The position numbers were made by a program, and so were the translations under genes. From Oikopleura dioica (lineage: Eukaryota; Animalia; Chordata): DNA of 64,000 nt. Below are positions 59,992 through 64,000 of this stretch, piece by piece (position 1 is the first letter of the stretch; every line of letters begins with the position of its first letter). The notes below the pieces were generated by a model. The model saw nothing but the letters and a program-made list of their open reading frames with translations. It was not told where the DNA came from and made no database searches. The DNA lies in the NCBI GenBank assembly GCA_907165135.1, contig OU015566.1, positions 6,572,001-6,636,000 on the forward strand. The letters are read 5' to 3'.

Positions 59992-62900
59992 TTATCTCTT
60001 CGTCGTGCTCTGGAAGACCTCTTCTCCGAGAATTTCGATTTGAGTTGCGCGCAGTTTATTTTCGCGGTCGCTTATTGCTGGTTGAGGAGGTATCGAGGTC
60101 CAGGATCGTTGGAGTTCCCTGACATAGAAAGTATTATTCTGGTGAAGAAAGTCCTGAAATTACCTGATATGGTCTCCATATTTGACCTCTCCCCAGTTCA
60201 TTTTTCGACATATCTCTGGTGAACCTTTCCGCAGGACATTTCGTTGAATCCAACTGTGTTCTCGCTGAGTATCGACGCTCTAAAATGGATGTTATTTACT
60301 TTACGATGGAATCTTTTAAAGTAAGCTACTAAGATAAAGGAGGTCCTTTAGGGAACACTATGATCGGATTAAGTACCTCTACGCATTGTTCTTTGACCGC
60401 TGCGATGTTCTTCCTGAGCTTCATGACTTCTTGCGCCATTCTCGTGGTGCCAAACGCCTTGATTTTTTCGTTGAACACAGCAAGAAAGTGATCGTAGATC
60501 GCCGTGTCGAGCTTGTTCCAGCTGCGGATCTTCTGGCTGAGGACGGGGTCCACGGCGACTCGCTCCGTGCGCGTCTTCAGCTGCAGATACACCAAGTCTT
60601 CATCCGTCATGCACATCAGCTCCTAAACACGATCAATTTTGAACGATTTCTAGAATTTCTCGTTCAAACGTTCAACATTCCGCTTCTATGTGAACATTTG
60701 ACTTTGGGAGATTACAAGGGCCGATCTGCAGATGGCAATAAAGTCCTCGGCTGTCGAGAGGACGGGCCACTTACTTTGAGGAGGATTAGCGACTCTTCGA
60801 AATAGTCAGTCAGCAGGACGAGATGGTATGTTTGTTCTAGTTCTTCGATGGCACTTTCGATGTAGCTTGCGCTCTCGCTTTCATGTTCAAGCCCGAGATC
60901 GAAGGACATGTAGTTTTTCCCTCTAAAAATAATGATAAGCGGATTCAATGAACTTTGAACTGATTGATTCTATCAGTTGGTGTTTCTAGCTACCTGAAAT
61001 ACCAAGGAGTCTTCTTGTTATACAGTCCGCTTGGATTTTTCATGAAATCAATAATCGTTCCATTTTCTCCAACCCATTGCGGGAAAGGATAATCTCGGAA
61101 GAAGCCGAATTCAGATTCGAAGTTTCCAACGGGATCTCGGAGCATGGTGATGAACACGTGATCTGGATGGGTTACTTTTTTAATATCTGGGCCATATCTT
61201 CCATGATTTCAAAAAAGGAGTTTTTGCTTAAAATTTGTAGTAAAACTAAACAAATAGCGGAAAAAGAGAAATTATCTTTTTTGAAACGCTTCCTGAAATG
61301 GTGGCACATAAGATTGTACTTGGGCAAAATCGGATCTATCAGTTCCGTGTCAAACAAGCCAGGGTATCCTGCCAGTTCCCAGTGGGAGCCAAATGGCAGT
61401 CCCGTCACCAAGTGATGTTTCTCCGCATACCGCAGCAGAATATTCGTCAAAGTCGTGCCCCCTGTTTTATGCGTCTGAAAAGTATGTTTTTCGAACTCGC
61501 TTTGATGTTTTCTTAGTACCTTGGTAAAGACTAAGTTTCTTCGCGGCACTCCTTCGCAGCTCGGTAAATTCGGCCTTTGATAAACTTTCGGGTGATTGAT
61601 GTACTCTTCGTGTTGAACTGTCGGGACTCCCTTAATTCGCGGTTAATAAAACATCATCAATAAAAAAATTGAGACAGGTTAAGTGCGAGCTTGTTGAAAT
61701 TATTTCTTATAGTTTCAATTAGTTTAATGACCAATAAAAATAAAAGAAGATTTGTTTTTGTCCTGAAAAAAAAACCGGGTGTCATAAAAATAGTTTGCCA
61801 CTGATGAACTATCAGCTATATTTACCCTGCTCATTCTAGCGCGAACTTCGATCTCATAGTTCATCTTTTGCGCCCTTGCCCTTGCCGTGATAAACAGTAG
61901 CGCCCCAACTACAGTAGCAAAGGCGATAACGTCTCTCATGTTCCAGCATAGGAGTTTCCTGCTACTCAATCTTTTCTTTTTCGCCCTCATCGACTTTTCA
62001 CTACTCGGCTGTCCGCGAGCAGGCTTGAGCTCATCTCTGGCCCTGATTTTCGAAAAGACGAAATCAAAAAAAAACTCAAAATTGGAAGCTTAAAAATTTG
62101 AGCGCCGCGTCCTGGCAGCGTGTCCGGCGCAATTTAAGAAAATCTGAAAAAATTAGAGAGAGATTCAAGAGCACCGCCGCCGACCGCGGATTTTCAGCGA
62201 CACGAGCGCCAAATTTTCACCTCCAAACATGGCTCCCGGCGCATTTTCTATCATGTACTGCAGGAATAGGTTTTACAGCTTTCATGGATTAGCCGCAAAC
62301 GGGGCGCCAAGGAAATACGGATTCTGGATTAAATATCTCCGGCATAATTTATCTGCGCTCCATGATTTGGGAAATTAGGATTTTCTAGCGCTTTGTTTTC
62401 AAGATTTTCAATGCCCAAGCTCAGCAACCTGTTTCAAAACCTGAGTCAGGGTCTGATAAGATTTTGACTAAAGAGCCGCACAGCGGCATTTTTCTAACGA
62501 AGCCGCGGAGCGGCTTTGCCAAATTTATCCTCGATTTTTGAGACACGGATCTTCTTGGACCCTGGGTCAGGTTTCTACACAGTTTCCCAATCTCAGCTTG
62601 AAACGACCTTAAAATCAAAAAAAGAGTCATCAAAAGAGACGACATACGGCTTTTCCCTGCACAAACTAATTTCCCTGCAACATGTCAAACAGAGAGAAAG
62701 GCGTAATCAAGACAAAGGAGCGTGTGGCTGAAGATGCACCAGAAAATTGTTGTGGCTCGAGCTACAATAGCGGCGACCTTTCGCGGTTGCGCCATGAAAT
62801 GTCTCGCAGGGAGGTTTTTTAGGATTTCTTAACATTCGTCTATATTATAGACTCTATAATTAATGAGTTTAAATTTTGGTCTGGATTTTTTCAATCCTTT

Positions 62901-63769
62901 GGCTGTTAAAATCATGTTTAGGCAGAAATAATTCATGAACTAGGAAAAACGCTCAATAAAAAAATAAAAGATAAAGAAGTGTTAATTTTTTTATGATTTG
63001 TACCGAGAAAATAAACTTACCACGGGAGCTTCGAATAAAAAATCAGCGAGTGCGCCTTTTTTGTTCATCAGCAAGTGGATATTGATCATCAGCACCAACA
63101 TAAAACAGACAATCGTGATGAAGTATTTGCTGTCCCATCTTCTATAAACAATTTTCATTTTTACGCTTTTCTCTTTGCTTTTTTTCCCAAAAGAATTTCA
63201 AAGAAATTTTCTCTAAATCATAAAAAGTCGACGATGATTTCGGAAATTTCGATTAATTTATTCACGCCTGGTCTCTTTTAAAGCGTAACTTGAGCCGCTT
63301 TAGGCTTATTTTTATGATGCGCCGCAGAAAATGGAGGAAAAACGGGCAAATATTCACCGGCAAACGTTTGCAATTGCCATAAGCAAAAGAGCCTGACTTT
63401 GATTTCGAACATTTTATGAATGAAAAAAAAGCTTACAAAAGAGAAGTAATTTTAATCAGTTTTTCAGATGTTCAAAAGCTTGAATTTAAAAAATGAAAAT
63501 TATCAAAAAATTTAATTATTGATAAAGATCGAGAAGCCGCTTGCGGCTTCGAGAAAAAAACTTTAGCCGCGCAAAGCGCGGCTTTTTCTTTCTTTTTTTC
63601 TCGAAGCCGCAAACGACTTCCCGATTCTTACGATTTTAATTATATAAAATTATTTTATTATTAATAAATTATAAACAATAAATAAGGTTTACCTCGGCAA
63701 AAGAAAGAAGCATAATCTCGTGCGTTTTAATCTCTCTATGTCTACCCTAACTTTCGTCGCTCTTGACAT
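59992..63769 (-). CDS. Galactose-3-O-sulfotransferase (GAL3ST family) with two candidate signal-anchor N-termini
   Basis: NLVFTK/THKTGGTTLTNILLRYAEKH (PAPS-binding), GKNYMSFDLG, YHLVLLTDYFEESLILLK and IRSWNKLDTAIYDHF. TM exons start at ATG 61990 and at ATG 63769. Confidence 0.9.
63528..63625. mobile_element. Palindromic mini-MITE (GAGAAGCCGCTTGCGGCTTCGAG family), copy 2
   Basis: 33-bp TIRs with 3 mismatches and a central palindrome AGCCGCGCAAAGCGCGGCT. Confidence 0.8.
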
Positions 63770-64000
63770 TTTAAATCCGGAAAACGAAACGAACGCAAAC
63801 GTCTAACTACTACGAGACTGATGGGCTCTTTTCCGGTCATGCTGCGTCAGGCTCTTGAGCTCATAAACTTGATTTAATAATCGGTAATTAAACAATATGC
63901 GCTGTTATTACATTGGCCGCTTGGTCGGTCAATGCTCGTGCATTATCCCTAACGCGTTTTTTCATTAAAATGTCAAACTTGAAGGCTTTTCTTTGTATTA

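Overview
Very compact, gene-dense animal genomic DNA, most consistent with the appendicularian tunicate Oikopleura. This is inferred from the 40-60 nt introns, several GC-AG/GA-AG introns, operon-like spacing and gene content. I can support about 29 protein-coding loci. Recognisable genes are ACBD3, SLC30A7, ZNHIT2, a p24/TMED, MSL1, SRCAP/domino, ARHGAP1, HNF4, PTPN14/21 (Pez), cathepsin D, RASGEF1, a KLHL, a GAL3ST, a sulfatase, a USP-domain protein and an atlastin-like GTPase. Two genes are nested antisense in introns, and many introns carry foldback/MITE-like elements. The most unusual signals are: (1) a secreted protein family built from an unnamed ~170-aa 'GDRYF' module, with six copies at four loci, three of them disrupted; (2) a Pez orthologue whose phosphatase catalytic motif is gone; (3) a membrane-anchor-free atlastin-like GTPase; (4) a bacterial-looking sulfatase; (5) a sulfotransferase with two alternative Golgi signal-anchors; (6) TTAA-targeting MITEs, one with a perfect 157-bp inverted repeat. 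No tRNA, rRNA or CRISPR array was found. Gene models were assembled by eye, so exon boundaries are approximate, and orthology calls rest on recalled motifs rather than database searches.
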